A stretch of DNA of 64,000 bases from Casimicrobium sp. (GCA_036733505.1 DAINAJ010000001.1:9615-73614); one strand, 5' to 3'. Shown: positions 46,301 to 57,519, counted from the stretch's first letter. The notes: generated from the letters alone by a model not told the origin. A program made the numbers and translations.

Positions 46301-46975
46301 TTGTCTCGCAACCACACGAACTACAAAATTGCTCCCTCCATTTTGTCCGCCGACTTCGCGCGCTTGGGCGAAGAAGTCCGCGCAGTGATCGACGCTGGGG
46401 CGGATCTCATTCACTTTGATGTGATGGACAATCATTACGTACCGAATCTGACCATTGGCCCGATGGTATGTAGCGCAATCAAACCGCACGTGGGCAACAC
46501 ACCCATTGATGTTCACCTCATGGTCAAGCCCGTCGATGCCATCATCCCTGAGTTCGCAAAAGCCGGTGCCAACATCATCAGCTTTCACCCGGAAGCCAGT
46601 GAACACGTAGACCGCACGATTTCGCTCATTCACGAGTGCGGATGCAAAGCGGGCCTTGTCTTCAACCCCGCCACACCGCTGGACTACCTCGACTACACAC
46701 TTGATAAGCTCGATTTGGTGCTCATCATGAGTGTGAATCCAGGCTTTGGTGGCCAAAAGTTTATCGACGGCGTGTTGCCAAAAATCACCGAAGGTCGCGA
46801 GCGAATTGCTGCGTCAGGCCGAGAAATTTTGCTCGAAGTAGATGGTGGCGTAAAAGCCGACAACATCGCTAAAGTCGCCGCTGCTGGGGCGGATACATTT
46901 GTGGCCGGTAGCGCGATTTATGGAGCGAAAGATTACGCTGCCGCGATTCAACAGATGCGCGCGCAATTACGCTAG
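46301..46975 (+). CDS. rpe: Ribulose-phosphate 3-epimerase
   Basis: [37 protein letters not shown]. Confidence 0.96.
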   Translation: MSRNHTNYKIAPSILSADFARLGEEVRAVIDAGADLIHFDVMDNHYVPNLTIGPMVCSAIKPHVGNTPIDVHLMVKPVDAIIPEFAKAGANIISFHPEASEHVDRTISLIHECGCKAGLVFNPATPLDYLDYTLDKLDLVLIMSVNPGFGGQKFIDGVLPKITEGRERIAASGREILLEVDGGVKADNIAKVAAAGADTFVAGSAIYGAKDYAAAIQQMRAQLR

Positions 46976-47039
46976 CGATTCGTCACTCTCGCACGAAATG
47001 TAGAGTTTGACAGTCGACGGAACGGCTTGTCGGCGTCTC

Positions 47040-48488
47040 TCAGCGTGCATCAAGTTTTCGCTTCATCACAGCAATTTCGCGCGCGAGCGCGTCTATTTTT
47101 TTTGCCTCTGCCTTCAGGGCGGCGATCTCGGCGTCCTTGACCTTTAGCATCGCGTGCAGCCCTTGAATAGCGGCCAACGCGACGCCCTGCACGTCCGTGC
47201 TGTTGATCGTTTTGTCACTCGCGCCCAGGCCAAACGCAGCGCGGAAGTCTTGGGCCATCGGGCCTATGTGCAACTGGTCATAGCCCTTAATGAACCAAGT
47301 TGAAATCGGCAAGGCGGCAACTTTTGCGAGCACCGCTTTCGCGTCGATTGACCGGATGTTCTCTTTCAGAGCGCGGTCACTCGAACACTGCCAGCCCGTT
47401 GCGGCAGCCGACAGCGTGCAACTGACCACGCCCGACTCGAAGTAAAACCCAGTGTCTGCCTTGGCGTTAAACGTACCGGCGGTTTGCCCGCCCCACACGC
47501 CTGCAGATGCAGGATTAAAACCTGCCGCTGATCCCGACCACACGTACTCGTGCGCGTTCGTCGCAGTCGCGGCAACGCCGGACGCCACACTGTAGTCGCC
47601 GAGTGCGTTGTTATACCGACCGCCGGGAATGCTGCTGTAAAGACCACTCGCTTGGTTGAACTGGCCTCCACCGATCGCCGCGTAGCTGGCTGCCGCATTT
47701 GCGAGACCTCCCGCGGCGGTGCCGTAGAGCTCCGCACCATTGTTCGCGCCGCCACCAATGACACCATAGTTGCCCGTCACGACGTTGCCGCCGCCGACCC
47801 TGCCGCCCCCCGCAACGACGGCACCGACGACACCATCGCCCACGGAGTTACTTACCGCTCCGTTGGTCGTGTTCGGCGTTGCAAGCGTGGAGACTCGCGC
47901 GACGCGCAGACCACTGCCGTCCGCAATCACTAGGTTGGCCTCGTTGCCGCCACTTTTCACGGTGACCGACTGTGCGTCTGTGACGCCGATTACAGCAGGC
48001 GCGCCGAACGCATTTCCGCCCTGCACGAACGCGTTTAGATTCCCGCCCACGGCACAGCCGTTTGCCAAAAAGCTGGTGACAGCCGCCGTCGTGCTGCGGG
48101 TCCCCACACCGAGGGCCAAACCAGCAGTGAGCGAAGCCCCTTGGAAGCCAGCGAGGTGTCGAGCAACGATCGTTGCGTCGACGGTATCGACCAATCCATC
48201 ACCGTTGAGGTCAAGCGCGCAACCTTGGCACTCGATATTGGCTTTGACCTGTAAGGGGTCGAGGCTGGCATAGCGGGTGCTCGCTGTGAGGGGAGGACCA
48301 CTGATACCCAATGCGTACCTCGCCAGCACCACCCCGTCGTTGACAGCGTCAGAGCCTCCGCCGTCAAACGGACACGTGCTGGTCGCGCCAAGAGCGCTCG
48401 GTACGAAGGTAAACATAACTGACAGCAGAGCCAGCGTTGAAGCGACGCCAACACGTTTGGTCGTGGGGATTGAATTTTTCATGCGCAT
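47040..48488 (-). CDS. Secreted fibre-like protein: dockerin/EF-hand-like N-terminus, Gly-rich repeats, C-terminal peptidase S74 intramolecular chaperone
   Basis: Signal peptide; DLNGDGLVDTVD; GGxxNxA repeats; CSSDRALKENI, HIGPMAQDF, ALAAIQGL, terminal coiled coil. Confidence 0.82.
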   Translation of the reverse strand: MRMKNSIPTTKRVGVASTLALLSVMFTFVPSALGATSTCPFDGGGSDAVNDGVVLARYALGISGPPLTASTRYASLDPLQVKANIECQGCALDLNGDGLVDTVDATIVARHLAGFQGASLTAGLALGVGTRSTTAAVTSFLANGCAVGGNLNAFVQGGNAFGAPAVIGVTDAQSVTVKSGGNEANLVIADGSGLRVARVSTLATPNTTNGAVSNSVGDGVVGAVVAGGGRVGGGNVVTGNYGVIGGGANNGAELYGTAAGGLANAAASYAAIGGGQFNQASGLYSSIPGGRYNNALGDYSVASGVAATATNAHEYVWSGSAAGFNPASAGVWGGQTAGTFNAKADTGFYFESGVVSCTLSAAATGWQCSSDRALKENIRSIDAKAVLAKVAALPISTWFIKGYDQLHIGPMAQDFRAAFGLGASDKTINSTDVQGVALAAIQGLHAMLKVKDAEIAALKAEAKKIDALAREIAVMKRKLDAR

Positions 48489-48779
48489 TTCGCTGATTGG
48501 CCATCGAGTGAGTGTGAAAGGGGAAGTCCGAGACAGATCGGCGGGCAGTGGTATAGCGGGCCGCTTTAGTGAGATCTTCGCGACCATTGACGCGTATCGA
48601 GCTGAAAGCGTCGAAACCTCAATGTCGGATTGTAGTGACGCATTCCAGTAGCACCAGCCCCATGAAGCATGGCTGCGCTCCGACAGCGTTAGTGTTGTTG
48701 CGCGGCGTCTGGTCGAAACGGCAGTGGACGAGTCGCGAGGTTGACACCGAACTTTCGCAGATGGGTCAAAATGTGAGGC

Positions 48780-49460
48780 ATGCCTAAACGTTTATCCGCC
48801 ATCCGCGCCATCGCCATCGACCTCGACGGCACACTGCTCGACACTATCCCCGATCTTTGCGGCGCGGTAAATCTCACGCTCGCGGCGCTCAATCTACCGG
48901 CAATACCGCTCGAAACTGTTAAGACATTTGTCGGCAAAGGTCTAATGGCGCATGTGGGGAAATCGCTGCGATTCGTACTGGAGCGCGATCCGACCGAACG
49001 CGAGTTGCACGGCGCGCTCGACCTGTATCGCCGGTTTTACTTCGAACACATCGCTGATCGGACAACACTGTATCCCGGCGTGATAGACGGACTCGAAGCG
49101 TTCAAGGCGCGCGGTTTACCGCTCTCGGTCGTGACCAACAAATGGACAGCAAATAGCCTCACGCTACTTGAAAAGTTCAACCTCGCACAGTATTTCGACC
49201 ACGTCGTTTGTGGCGACACGCTGATCTCCAACAAGCCCGAAGCAGGAATGATTTTTTATTCGGCGGGGCAACATCGTGTGCATCCGCGCGAAATGTTGAT
49301 GATTGGGGACTCGGGCAATGACAGCCGCGCGGCGCAGGCGGCAGGCTCGCCCGTAGTGTTGATGAGTTATGGCTACAGCGAAGGTGAAAACCTTGTCGAT
49401 TTGCGCGCAGACGCAATCGTGAGTACATTTACGGATATTCCTGCTCTGCTCGATTCTTAA
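48780..49460 (+). CDS. gph: Phosphoglycolate phosphatase (HAD)
   Basis: DLDGTLLD, VVTNK, KP, IGDSGND; rpe-gph-trpE synteny. Confidence 0.9.
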   Translation: MPKRLSAIRAIAIDLDGTLLDTIPDLCGAVNLTLAALNLPAIPLETVKTFVGKGLMAHVGKSLRFVLERDPTERELHGALDLYRRFYFEHIADRTTLYPGVIDGLEAFKARGLPLSVVTNKWTANSLTLLEKFNLAQYFDHVVCGDTLISNKPEAGMIFYSAGQHRVHPREMLMIGDSGNDSRAAQAAGSPVVLMSYGYSEGENLVDLRADAIVSTFTDIPALLDS

Positions 49461-49485
49461 ATCGGGCACATTTAAAGCAAACAAC

Positions 49486-49539
49486 ATGTTTCTGTCGGTA
49501 CGGTCTTGGTGGCAAAGCTCTGGAGGTTGGTGGCGTTAG
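49486..49539 (+). CDS. trpL: trp leader peptide MFLSVRSWWQSSGGWWR
   Basis: 17 codons with two tandem TGG pairs, ending 97 bp upstream of trpE. Confidence 0.85.
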   Translation: MFLSVRSWWQSSGGWWR

Positions 49540-49636
49540 CCTACCAATCTAAACCTTTGCGCCAGCTGCGGGCGCAAGCACCGCGACAGGTGCCGCAGCC
49601 AAGAACCCTGCTCTGACACTTTTGACATGTTGCATC

Positions 49637-51121
49637 ATGACCGAACAAGAATTTCTGAAGCTTGCTCAACAAGGCTTCACCCGCATTCCACTGGTTGAAC
49701 AAACACTCGCGGACCTCGACACACCGCTGTCAATCTACCTAAAGCTTGCGAACGATCGTTACACCTTCCTGCTTGAGTCGGTCGTCGGCGGCGAGCGCTT
49801 TGGGCGCTATAGCTTTATCGGGCTTCGCACGCGAACGCGCATTGAGGTGCGCGGCAAAGAGGTGACGCACATCACCCCACTCGGACCGAACAAGCAGGTC
49901 GTCGAAGATCCACTGGACTACATCGCGGCCTATCAAGCACAGTTCAAAGTCGCCACGATTCCGGGTTTGCCGCGTTTTTGCGGTGGACTCACCGGTTACT
50001 TCGGCTTCGAGACCGTGGGTTATATCGAGCCGCGCGTCGGCAAGCGATATGCCGAAAATCCCCGCACGGACCAACTGGGCGTGCCCGATATTTTGTTGCT
50101 GCTGACGGAAGAACTCGCCGTCGTTGACAGTCTCTCGGGAAAGATTTCGCTGATCGTTTACGCGGACCCGTCGAAGCCTGACGCATTTCAAAGCGCAACG
50201 AAACGCCTCGCCGAACTGCGCGCGAAATTGCATGAGCCCGCAAAACTGCCGTTGCAACACGCCACGGCCGTGGTGAATCCGCACTCACAAATGGGCGAAG
50301 CGGCGTATGTTGCCGCAGTTCAAGTGTGCAAGGATTACATCGCGGCGGGCGACTGCATGCAGGTCGTGCCGTCGCAGCGCATGGAAATGGATTTCCCCGA
50401 GCCGCCGATTTCGCTGTACCGCGCGCTTCGTACGTTGAACCCTTCGCCGTACATGTTTTTCTACAACTTCGGCGACTTTCATGTCGTCGGCGCGTCGCCA
50501 GAAATTCTCGTGCGCAAAGAAGGTGATTCTGTCACCGTGCGGCCAATTGCGGGCACGCGAAAACGTGGAGCAAACCGCGAAGAAGACGACGTGCTTGCGG
50601 CCGATCTCCTCGCGGATGAAAAGGAAGTCGCTGAACACGTGATGCTCATCGACTTGGGTCGCAACGACGTCGGCCGAATAGCGAAGACGGGCTCGGTCGT
50701 GGTGAAAGACAAAATGATCATCGAACGCTACTCGCATGTGATGCACATCGTGAGTAACGTCGAAGGAACACTCAAACCGGGCACCAACAACATCGACGTG
50801 TTACGCGCCACATTCCCAGCGGGCACGCTTTCCGGTGCGCCGAAGATTCGGGCTTTGGAGATCATTCATGAGGTCGAACCCGTGAAGCGAAACATTTACG
50901 GCGGCGCGGTCGGCTACATGAGCTATCAGGGAGATATGGATATGTGCATCGCGATTCGCACCGGCGTGATCAAGGACGGCAAGCTCTATGCACAGGCTGG
51001 CGCGGGCATCGTGCACGACTCGGTGCCGAGCAAGGAATGGGAAGAAACCTTGCAGAAGACGCGCTCGGTGCTGCGCGCGGCGGAGATGGTGCAGAACGGT
51101 CTCGACGGGAGCGCAGAATGA
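49637..51121 (+). CDS. trpE: Anthranilate synthase component I
   Basis: [46 protein letters not shown]. Confidence 0.96.
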   Translation: MTEQEFLKLAQQGFTRIPLVEQTLADLDTPLSIYLKLANDRYTFLLESVVGGERFGRYSFIGLRTRTRIEVRGKEVTHITPLGPNKQVVEDPLDYIAAYQAQFKVATIPGLPRFCGGLTGYFGFETVGYIEPRVGKRYAENPRTDQLGVPDILLLLTEELAVVDSLSGKISLIVYADPSKPDAFQSATKRLAELRAKLHEPAKLPLQHATAVVNPHSQMGEAAYVAAVQVCKDYIAAGDCMQVVPSQRMEMDFPEPPISLYRALRTLNPSPYMFFYNFGDFHVVGASPEILVRKEGDSVTVRPIAGTRKRGANREEDDVLAADLLADEKEVAEHVMLIDLGRNDVGRIAKTGSVVVKDKMIIERYSHVMHIVSNVEGTLKPGTNNIDVLRATFPAGTLSGAPKIRALEIIHEVEPVKRNIYGGAVGYMSYQGDMDMCIAIRTGVIKDGKLYAQAGAGIVHDSVPSKEWEETLQKTRSVLRAAEMVQNGLDGSAE

Positions 51122-52149
51122 CCAAGATTGTTGATCTGCGCAGCGATACCGTCACCCGTCCGACGCCAGGCATGCTCGCGGCCATGGCCGCCGCTGAGGT
51201 GGGCGATGACGTGTGGGGCGATGACCCCACGGCCAATCGTTTGCAGGCGATGATGGCGGAAGCGACCAACAAAGAAGCTGCGCTATTTTTTCCGTCGGGT
51301 ACTCAAAGCAACCTCGCCGCGTTGATGTCGCATTGCGAGCGTGGCGACGAGTACATCGTGGGCCAGATGGCGCACACCTACCGCTGGGAAGGCGGCGGTG
51401 CAGCGGTGCTCGGAAGCATCCAACCGCAGCCGCTTGAGCAAGACGCAGACGGAACCATTCCGCTCGCCAAGATTGCTGCGGCGATCAAGCCGTTCGGTCC
51501 CGGTCTCGGTACACATTTTGCGCGCAGCAAACTCCTCGCACTTGAAAACACGTGGGGCGGCCGTGTATTGCCGCAATCGTATGTGGTGGATGCGGCAGCG
51601 CTGGCGCGTAGCAAAGGCTTGAACGTCCACCTCGACGGCGCGCGCGCGTTCAACGCTGCGGTAGCGAGTGAAACGACGATTGCGGACATTCTCGCGCCGT
51701 TTGATTCGGCGTCGTTGTGTATTTCCAAAGGGCTCGGCGCGCCGGTAGGCGCGGTGCTTGTTGGCGACAAAGCGTTCATTGAGCGTGCGCATCGGTGGCG
51801 GAAGATGCTTGGCGGCGGCATGCGGCAAATTGGATCGCTTGCCGCGGCATGCATCTACGCGCTTGAGCACCAAGTCGATCGCTTGCGAGAGGATCACGAC
51901 AACGCCGCGGCCCTCGCGGCGGGCCTAAGCGAGGTCGCGGAGTTATCGGTGTTGACGCAGGCTACAAATGTGGTTTTCCTGAACATTCCCGCGCTACATG
52001 CTGACCCGCTCGCTGAATTTCTCCGAGCACGCGGCATGCTGATGCAGAGCGCATACGCCGCGCGTTTGGTCACGCATTTGGACGTGACGCGCGAGGACGT
52101 TGATCGCTTCGTCGCGGCGGTTAAGGACTATTTTCGAGGAGCGAAGTAG
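51118..52149 (+). CDS. ltaE: Low-specificity L-threonine aldolase
   Basis: [39 protein letters not shown]. Confidence 0.92.
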   Translation: MTKIVDLRSDTVTRPTPGMLAAMAAAEVGDDVWGDDPTANRLQAMMAEATNKEAALFFPSGTQSNLAALMSHCERGDEYIVGQMAHTYRWEGGGAAVLGSIQPQPLEQDADGTIPLAKIAAAIKPFGPGLGTHFARSKLLALENTWGGRVLPQSYVVDAAALARSKGLNVHLDGARAFNAAVASETTIADILAPFDSASLCISKGLGAPVGAVLVGDKAFIERAHRWRKMLGGGMRQIGSLAAACIYALEHQVDRLREDHDNAAALAAGLSEVAELSVLTQATNVVFLNIPALHADPLAEFLRARGMLMQSAYAARLVTHLDVTREDVDRFVAAVKDYFRGAK

Positions 52150-52712
52150 TGCTGCTCATCATTGATAACTACGATAGCTTCACCTACAACCTCGCGCAAT
52201 ACTTTGGCGAACTTGGGCAGGACGTTCAGGTCATTCGCAACGACGCGATTGATCTCGCGGGTGTGGCGGCGAAGAAAGCCGAGCGCATCGTAGTCTCGCC
52301 CGGCCCGTGTACACCAAATGAGGCCGGCATTTCCGTACCACTCATTAGAGAATTTGGTGGCAAACTGCCCATCCTCGGTGTGTGCCTCGGCCATCAAAGC
52401 ATCGGCGCGGCCTTTGGCGGAAACATCGTGCGAGCCAAACGCGTCATGCACGGCAAAACTTCCACGATTACGCACAACCGGCAGGACTGTTTTTCGGGCA
52501 TTCCGTCGCCGTACACCGTCGTGCGTTACCACTCGCTCGTGATTGACCGTGCGACGTTACCCGCAGAACTCTCGGTGACAGCCGAGAGCGACGATGGCGA
52601 GATCATGGGCGTACGACATAAAACGCTGCCGATTTGGGGCGTGCAATTTCATCCGGAATCCATCATCACCGAATACGGTCATGATTTGCTTCGCAACTTT
52701 TTGAATCTATAG
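52149..52712 (+). CDS. trpG: Anthranilate synthase component II (glutamine amidotransferase)
   Basis: [32 protein letters not shown]. Confidence 0.95.
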   Translation: MLLIIDNYDSFTYNLAQYFGELGQDVQVIRNDAIDLAGVAAKKAERIVVSPGPCTPNEAGISVPLIREFGGKLPILGVCLGHQSIGAAFGGNIVRAKRVMHGKTSTITHNRQDCFSGIPSPYTVVRYHSLVIDRATLPAELSVTAESDDGEIMGVRHKTLPIWGVQFHPESIITEYGHDLLRNFLNL

Positions 52713-52723
52713 GCGCTGACATC

Positions 52724-53749
52724 ATGCCAATCTCTATTTCCGAAGCGATTCAACGCACGGTCGATCATCGCGAAATTTTTGAAGACGAAATGCTCTCGCT
52801 CATGCGAAAGTTAATGGCGGGTGAGTTCACTCCAGCACAAGCGGGCGCATTGTTGACCGGTCTGCGCGTGAAGAAAGAAACCATCGGTGAGATCGCCGCC
52901 GCCGCGCGCGTGATGCGCGAGCTTTCGACCAAAGTTCCCGTTGAAAACGAACCGAATCTCGTCGACATCGTCGGCACCGGCGGCGACTTGTCACACACTT
53001 TTAATATCTCGACCGCTTCGATGTTTGTCGCAGCCGCCGCTGGGGCAAAGGTGGCCAAACATGGCAACCGTGGCGTGTCGTCGAAGAGCGGCGCGGCGGA
53101 CGTCTTGGAGGCGCTCGGGGTGAACATCATGCTCAGTCCCGAGCAAGTCGCGCGGAGCATCAAAACCACCGGCATCGGCTTCATGTTCGCTCCGAACCAT
53201 CATTCGGCGATGAAAGCCGTAGCGCCGATTCGTCGCGAGCTCGGCGTAAAGACCATCTTCAATATTCTCGGCCCGCTCACCAATCCGGCTAGCGCGCCGA
53301 ACACCATGATGGGCGTGTTCCACGGCGATCTCGTGGGCATTCAAGTGCGCGTGATGCAGCGCTTGGGCGCAGAGCATGTGATGGTCGTGCATGGTCGCGA
53401 TTCCCTTGACGAGATTTCGCTTGGGGCAGGCACGCTCGTGGGCGAACTCAAAGACGGAAAGATCACGGAATACGAAATTCATCCGGAAGACTTTGGCTTT
53501 ACGATGAGTGCAACGCGCAATCTGAAAGTGGACACGCCAGAGCAATCGAAGGCGATGTTGCTAAGCGCGCTCGAGGGTAACGATTCGCCAGCACTTAATG
53601 TCGTGCTACTGAATGCAGGCGCCGCACTCTACACGGCCAACCTCGCGCCGAGTCTTCGCGATGGCATTGCGATGGCGCGTGCGGCGATTGCAAATGGCGC
53701 TGCACGCAAGAAAGTGGACGAGTTCGCGGCGTTTACGCAATCTGCGTAA
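52724..53749 (+). CDS. trpD: Anthranilate phosphoribosyltransferase
   Basis: [27 protein letters not shown]. Confidence 0.96.
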   Translation: MPISISEAIQRTVDHREIFEDEMLSLMRKLMAGEFTPAQAGALLTGLRVKKETIGEIAAAARVMRELSTKVPVENEPNLVDIVGTGGDLSHTFNISTASMFVAAAAGAKVAKHGNRGVSSKSGAADVLEALGVNIMLSPEQVARSIKTTGIGFMFAPNHHSAMKAVAPIRRELGVKTIFNILGPLTNPASAPNTMMGVFHGDLVGIQVRVMQRLGAEHVMVVHGRDSLDEISLGAGTLVGELKDGKITEYEIHPEDFGFTMSATRNLKVDTPEQSKAMLLSALEGNDSPALNVVLLNAGAALYTANLAPSLRDGIAMARAAIANGAARKKVDEFAAFTQSA

Positions 53750-53772
53750 TTTCGCAGCTGCCGAAGAAAAAT

Positions 53773-54576
53773 ATGAGCGACATCCTAAACAAAATTATCG
53801 CGACCAAGCACGACGAAATCGCAGCGGCAATGCGCATCACGCCGCTTTCATTGGTTCGCGCCGAAGCTGAAGCGGTGATGAAAACGCCGACGCGCGGATT
53901 CGCCGCCGCCATCGAGGCAAAGATCGCTAGCGGACAGAGCGCCGTCATCGCTGAAGTCAAAAGAGCGAGTCCTAGCAAGGGCATTTTGCGCGAGAATTTT
54001 TCTCCTGCGGAGATTGCAAGAAGCTACGCTGCGGGCGGAGCGGCATGCTTGTCAGTGCTGACCGACGCGCCGTACTTTCAGGGCTCAACGGCTTACCTTC
54101 AGGAAGCTCGCGCTGCCTGCAATTTGCCCGTTATCCGAAAAGATTTCATCGTCGACGCGTATCAAGTTTTCGAAGCGCGGGCGATGGGGGCGGATTGCGT
54201 TTTACTGATCGTCGGCGCGTTGGAGCCGCATCAAATGCGCGCGCTGGAGGCGCTGGCGCATGAATTGGGTATGGACGTGCTTGTTGAGTCACACGACGCG
54301 CAGGAGCTGGAGGTTGCGCTCACATTAAAGACCTCGCTTATCGGCATCAACAACCGCGATTTGCGTACGTTCAACGTGTCGCTAACGACAACAACCGACC
54401 TGCTCGCGCGAATTCCGATCGGAAAGCGGGTTATTACAGAAAGCGGCATTCTTTCGCGCGAAGACGTGTTGCACATGCGCGCTCACGATGTGCATAGCTT
54501 TCTGGTAGGGGAAGCGTTTATGCGTGCGCCCGATCCCGGCGCAGCCTTGGCGAAGTTATTTGCGAGCGGAGCGTAG
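53773..54576 (+). CDS. trpC: Indole-3-glycerol phosphate synthase
   Basis: [38 protein letters not shown]. Confidence 0.96.
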   Translation: MSDILNKIIATKHDEIAAAMRITPLSLVRAEAEAVMKTPTRGFAAAIEAKIASGQSAVIAEVKRASPSKGILRENFSPAEIARSYAAGGAACLSVLTDAPYFQGSTAYLQEARAACNLPVIRKDFIVDAYQVFEARAMGADCVLLIVGALEPHQMRALEALAHELGMDVLVESHDAQELEVALTLKTSLIGINNRDLRTFNVSLTTTTDLLARIPIGKRVITESGILSREDVLHMRAHDVHSFLVGEAFMRAPDPGAALAKLFASGA

Positions 54577-54595
54577 CGAGCGCGCTACCGGACGA

Positions 54596-55498
54596 TCAAC
54601 GACGATGACGCTCGACCAAAACGCCCACTGATGCGGTCAGCGCGGCAAGCACCATCAGCATCCAAATCGATAGCGTTGGAATTCCGATCACCCCGCCTGG
54701 ATCGGCGGCGCCTGCGGACGCCTTGACGCTGTGTGCAATCGCAAGACTTTCGAAGCCTCCGATCTCTTCGCCAGCAAGCGTCACGGTGCTCATGTTCCCC
54801 ACGGTGAGCGTAGCAGGCGTGACAGCAAAAACTTTTGCTGGCACATCGTTGGTGATGCCCCACACAAGCCCGGTCGATGTATCACCGTCGAGGCCCGCAT
54901 CAAGCGGAGTGAGACTAATGCTGCCGAGCAACGTCGCGACACCGTTGGATGTATCGACGCAGTAGATCTTGCCCTTGTCGTTGTTTCCACCCATGCCGAA
55001 AATACCGGACGCGCACCTAGCCGACGGCGCTACGCCTGCCAGCCCCGATAGCGCTGGTCCGGTGGTTCCGAGTGCGGAAGCGGCTGCCGTCGCGGGATCC
55101 ACGCGATAGATCACGGCATTAGCGGCGAGATATAGTGATCCCGTCGACGAAAATGCGAGCCCGGCGTTGGTCTGAATTTGGGGAAGTCCACCCAATACAC
55201 CCACCGCGTTGCAAGCGCCGGTCGTTGACGAACACTTAACGAGCTGTGCCGTTGCCGGATTGACGGCGTAAATCTCGCCAGCGTCGTTGATCGCGAGGCC
55301 TTCAATCTTGTTAAATCCCGTCGCACCCAGCGCCGTGGCAGCGCCGGAAGCCATGTCGATGCTGTAGAGCTTACGGTCAACGTCGCTGCGCACGGAGTAG
55401 CCCGTAGGCGCGGCGAACGCGGATGCGCCGACAGCCAAACAGAAGGCCGCCGCTGCGTAGCGCGCGATGGGCTGCATGGCCCGTAGAATCAAATTCAC
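54596..55498 (-). CDS. Secreted beta-propeller-like protein with IPTL-CTERM sorting signal
   Basis: Signal peptide; repeats like LYSIDMASGAATALG / IYRVDPATAAASALG; tail IPTLSIW + TM + RHRR. Confidence 0.8.
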   Translation of the reverse strand: MNLILRAMQPIARYAAAAFCLAVGASAFAAPTGYSVRSDVDRKLYSIDMASGAATALGATGFNKIEGLAINDAGEIYAVNPATAQLVKCSSTTGACNAVGVLGGLPQIQTNAGLAFSSTGSLYLAANAVIYRVDPATAAASALGTTGPALSGLAGVAPSARCASGIFGMGGNNDKGKIYCVDTSNGVATLLGSISLTPLDAGLDGDTSTGLVWGITNDVPAKVFAVTPATLTVGNMSTVTLAGEEIGGFESLAIAHSVKASAGAADPGGVIGIPTLSIWMLMVLAALTASVGVLVERHRR

Positions 55499-55666
55499 GT
55501 GTTTGTGTTTCCGGTCGTTTACAAAATTGTGTCAGAGGTTCGGACATTTGACAATGAAAATAGTTGCCAGTTGGCGTGCGCTCACATTCGCCGCGGCGCA
55601 TGCGTGTCGTCATTCAGAGACAGTTTTTCATTTTCATCTGGTCATTTGAGCAAGACAAAGCTCCAA

Positions 55667-55785
55667 CAACTTTTCGCCGTTACCGACCGCTATACGGCGC
55701 TTTCATTGCATTTTTCACTATAGTCGACTCATACATAAAAACACCTTGAAACCACCAACTAGAAGCCGTTCGACTAAGAAAGATG
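55667..55785. repeat. 118-bp-family palindromic element, copy D
   Basis: CAACTTTT start; CGAC at arm positions 18-21; GTCGAC at 55723-55728 (56 bp from the left end); right arm 57 bp. Confidence 0.75.
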
Positions 55786-55799
55786 TTTCAACACAACAT

Positions 55800-57488
55800 G
55801 TGAGGCCAGTTCGCACCCAATCAAGTGAGTACCCGCTATGGTGCCTAACAATACTGGCCGTTGCGCTGCCTTTTTTATGCGCGCTGCAGGCTCCACCGCT
55901 CCCCGCGTTTTATAGCCAGATCGCCGCTTGCCTGCTTTGGTCGTGCGTCATTTTGGTGCGGCCAGTAACTCCCTCACACGCGTTGTGTCCGGGCAACATG
56001 TTGGCAGCCGCTCCGTGGTGGATGCTGTTGACTGTGCTGGGCGCTCATGTCGTGTCCGGGGCCTCACCGATCTTCAGCGCCGCGCCCGGCGCCCTAAACA
56101 TTCTTCTCGCCGCGCTAATTTCGTTCTCGGTATTCGGCGCTCACCCAACCAAAGGCGACTCATCGCGCTGGTTCGCGGCCTTCCTGATCGGAGTATTGGT
56201 AGCGGCGTTAGGTAATGCGTTCGTCGTAGCGGTGCAAGCCTTCGCGCCAAGCTGGCCGGACGACACCTTTCTTGCACGGCATGTGTCGGGCGAACGCTTC
56301 GGCGGTAATTTGCGACAACCGAACCAACTCGCCACGCTTGCGGTGTGGGGCTTGATAGCGGCGGCGTACTTGCTCCGTCGCTGGCCGTGGGTATTGGCCG
56401 CCGTGAGTCTGCCGCTGATTGCAACGCTCTTCTCCAGCGAATCGCGCACAGGTGTGATCAGTTTGGTGTTAATAGCGCTCATCGGACTGTCTCAGTCGCG
56501 TCGTGTGCGCGCTTGGGGCTGGCGAAGCTGGGGCGGACTTGCGCTCGCGCTGATTCCGTTAGTTATTCTGTCGGCCACAGCCTTCACCCGCAGCACCGCC
56601 GATTCATCCTTTGCGCAGCGCATCGCACTATGGCGCGACGTGTTGACGCTGATTGAACAAAACCCGTGGTTCGGCGTTGGATGGGGCCTGCTCAATTTTG
56701 CTTGGACACTTTCACCGTTCGCGCAGCGCGCGCCAGACGTGTTCGATCATGCACATTCGCTGCCGCTGCAGCTCGCCGTCGAGCTTGGGTTGCCAGCGGT
56801 TGCGTTGATTCTTGGCGCGTTTTTATGGGGTATCTGGCGAATCGCGCGCGGATTGTGGGCAAACGTGTCCCCTGAAACGACGACCGCAGCGATGTTGCTC
56901 GCAGTAGTACTCGTTCACAGTTTTTTCGAGTACCCGCTGTGGTTTAGCTACTTCTTGCTGCCCAGTGCGTTTTTATACGCGTGGCTACTGCGCGCATGTC
57001 ACACAGAAAAGGCGGACGCGTTAGCAGCGACGGCGCGAAATCAACGCGCTGTCCCCATCCTCGGTGCGGGCGCCGCGGCGCTATGCATTGTGGCGACGGT
57101 TTACGCGGTTGGCGAATATCAAAAAGCAACGGCGATTCACCGCAATTCGGGCGATCGCAACGCGTTGGGAAGCGCCGTCGCCACCGCGCGCGCTAGCAAA
57201 CTTTACGGTCATTTCGGCGACTACGCCGCCATCATGCTCGCAGGCGACCGCGCTGAACTTTCGTGGTTTGATCGCCCCATTCGCCACGTCCTTGACGAGC
57301 GTTTACTCGTCGCGTGGGCGCGCGCGCTCGAGCGCAGTGGCGACACCGAGCGCGCGGCCTACGTAATCGCCAGAGCCCGTGAATTTCCACCAAACGCAGT
57401 GTTCAATGACCTGCCCAACGGTTCGCTGAAAGGAGCACGCGGTGCCTCCGCACCTTTGCTAGGGTCGAAGGACTTTCGCGGGCACTAA
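55800..57488 (+). CDS. PglL-type O-oligosaccharyltransferase / O-antigen ligase family (Wzy_C)
   Basis: GNLRQPNQLAT, SRTG, PWFGVGWG, FDHAHSLPLQLAVELG, HSFFEYPLWFSYFLLP. GTG 55800 preferred because TTG 55746 lies inside repeat D. Confidence 0.85.
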   Translation: MRPVRTQSSEYPLWCLTILAVALPFLCALQAPPLPAFYSQIAACLLWSCVILVRPVTPSHALCPGNMLAAAPWWMLLTVLGAHVVSGASPIFSAAPGALNILLAALISFSVFGAHPTKGDSSRWFAAFLIGVLVAALGNAFVVAVQAFAPSWPDDTFLARHVSGERFGGNLRQPNQLATLAVWGLIAAAYLLRRWPWVLAAVSLPLIATLFSSESRTGVISLVLIALIGLSQSRRVRAWGWRSWGGLALALIPLVILSATAFTRSTADSSFAQRIALWRDVLTLIEQNPWFGVGWGLLNFAWTLSPFAQRAPDVFDHAHSLPLQLAVELGLPAVALILGAFLWGIWRIARGLWANVSPETTTAAMLLAVVLVHSFFEYPLWFSYFLLPSAFLYAWLLRACHTEKADALAATARNQRAVPILGAGAAALCIVATVYAVGEYQKATAIHRNSGDRNALGSAVATARASKLYGHFGDYAAIMLAGDRAELSWFDRPIRHVLDERLLVAWARALERSGDTERAAYVIARAREFPPNAVFNDLPNGSLKGARGASAPLLGSKDFRGH

Positions 57489-57519
57489 CGCGTTGAGTTC
57501 GCCGCGCGCACGAAGCGGT

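Noticed and set aside
46244..46756. Long extensions of the apaG (to 46756) and rpe (from 45947) ORFs
   Set aside because: They are mutual antisense overlaps; family similarity begins at 46243 and 46301
47013..47018. Intergenic GTCGAC as another 118-bp element
   Set aside because: The flanks lack the CTTT/CGAC/GTT arm motifs at the required offsets and run into coding sequence
47040..48488. Prophage remnant suggested by the tail-fibre chaperone domain
   Set aside because: The protein has a signal peptide and there are no capsid, terminase or integrase genes nearby
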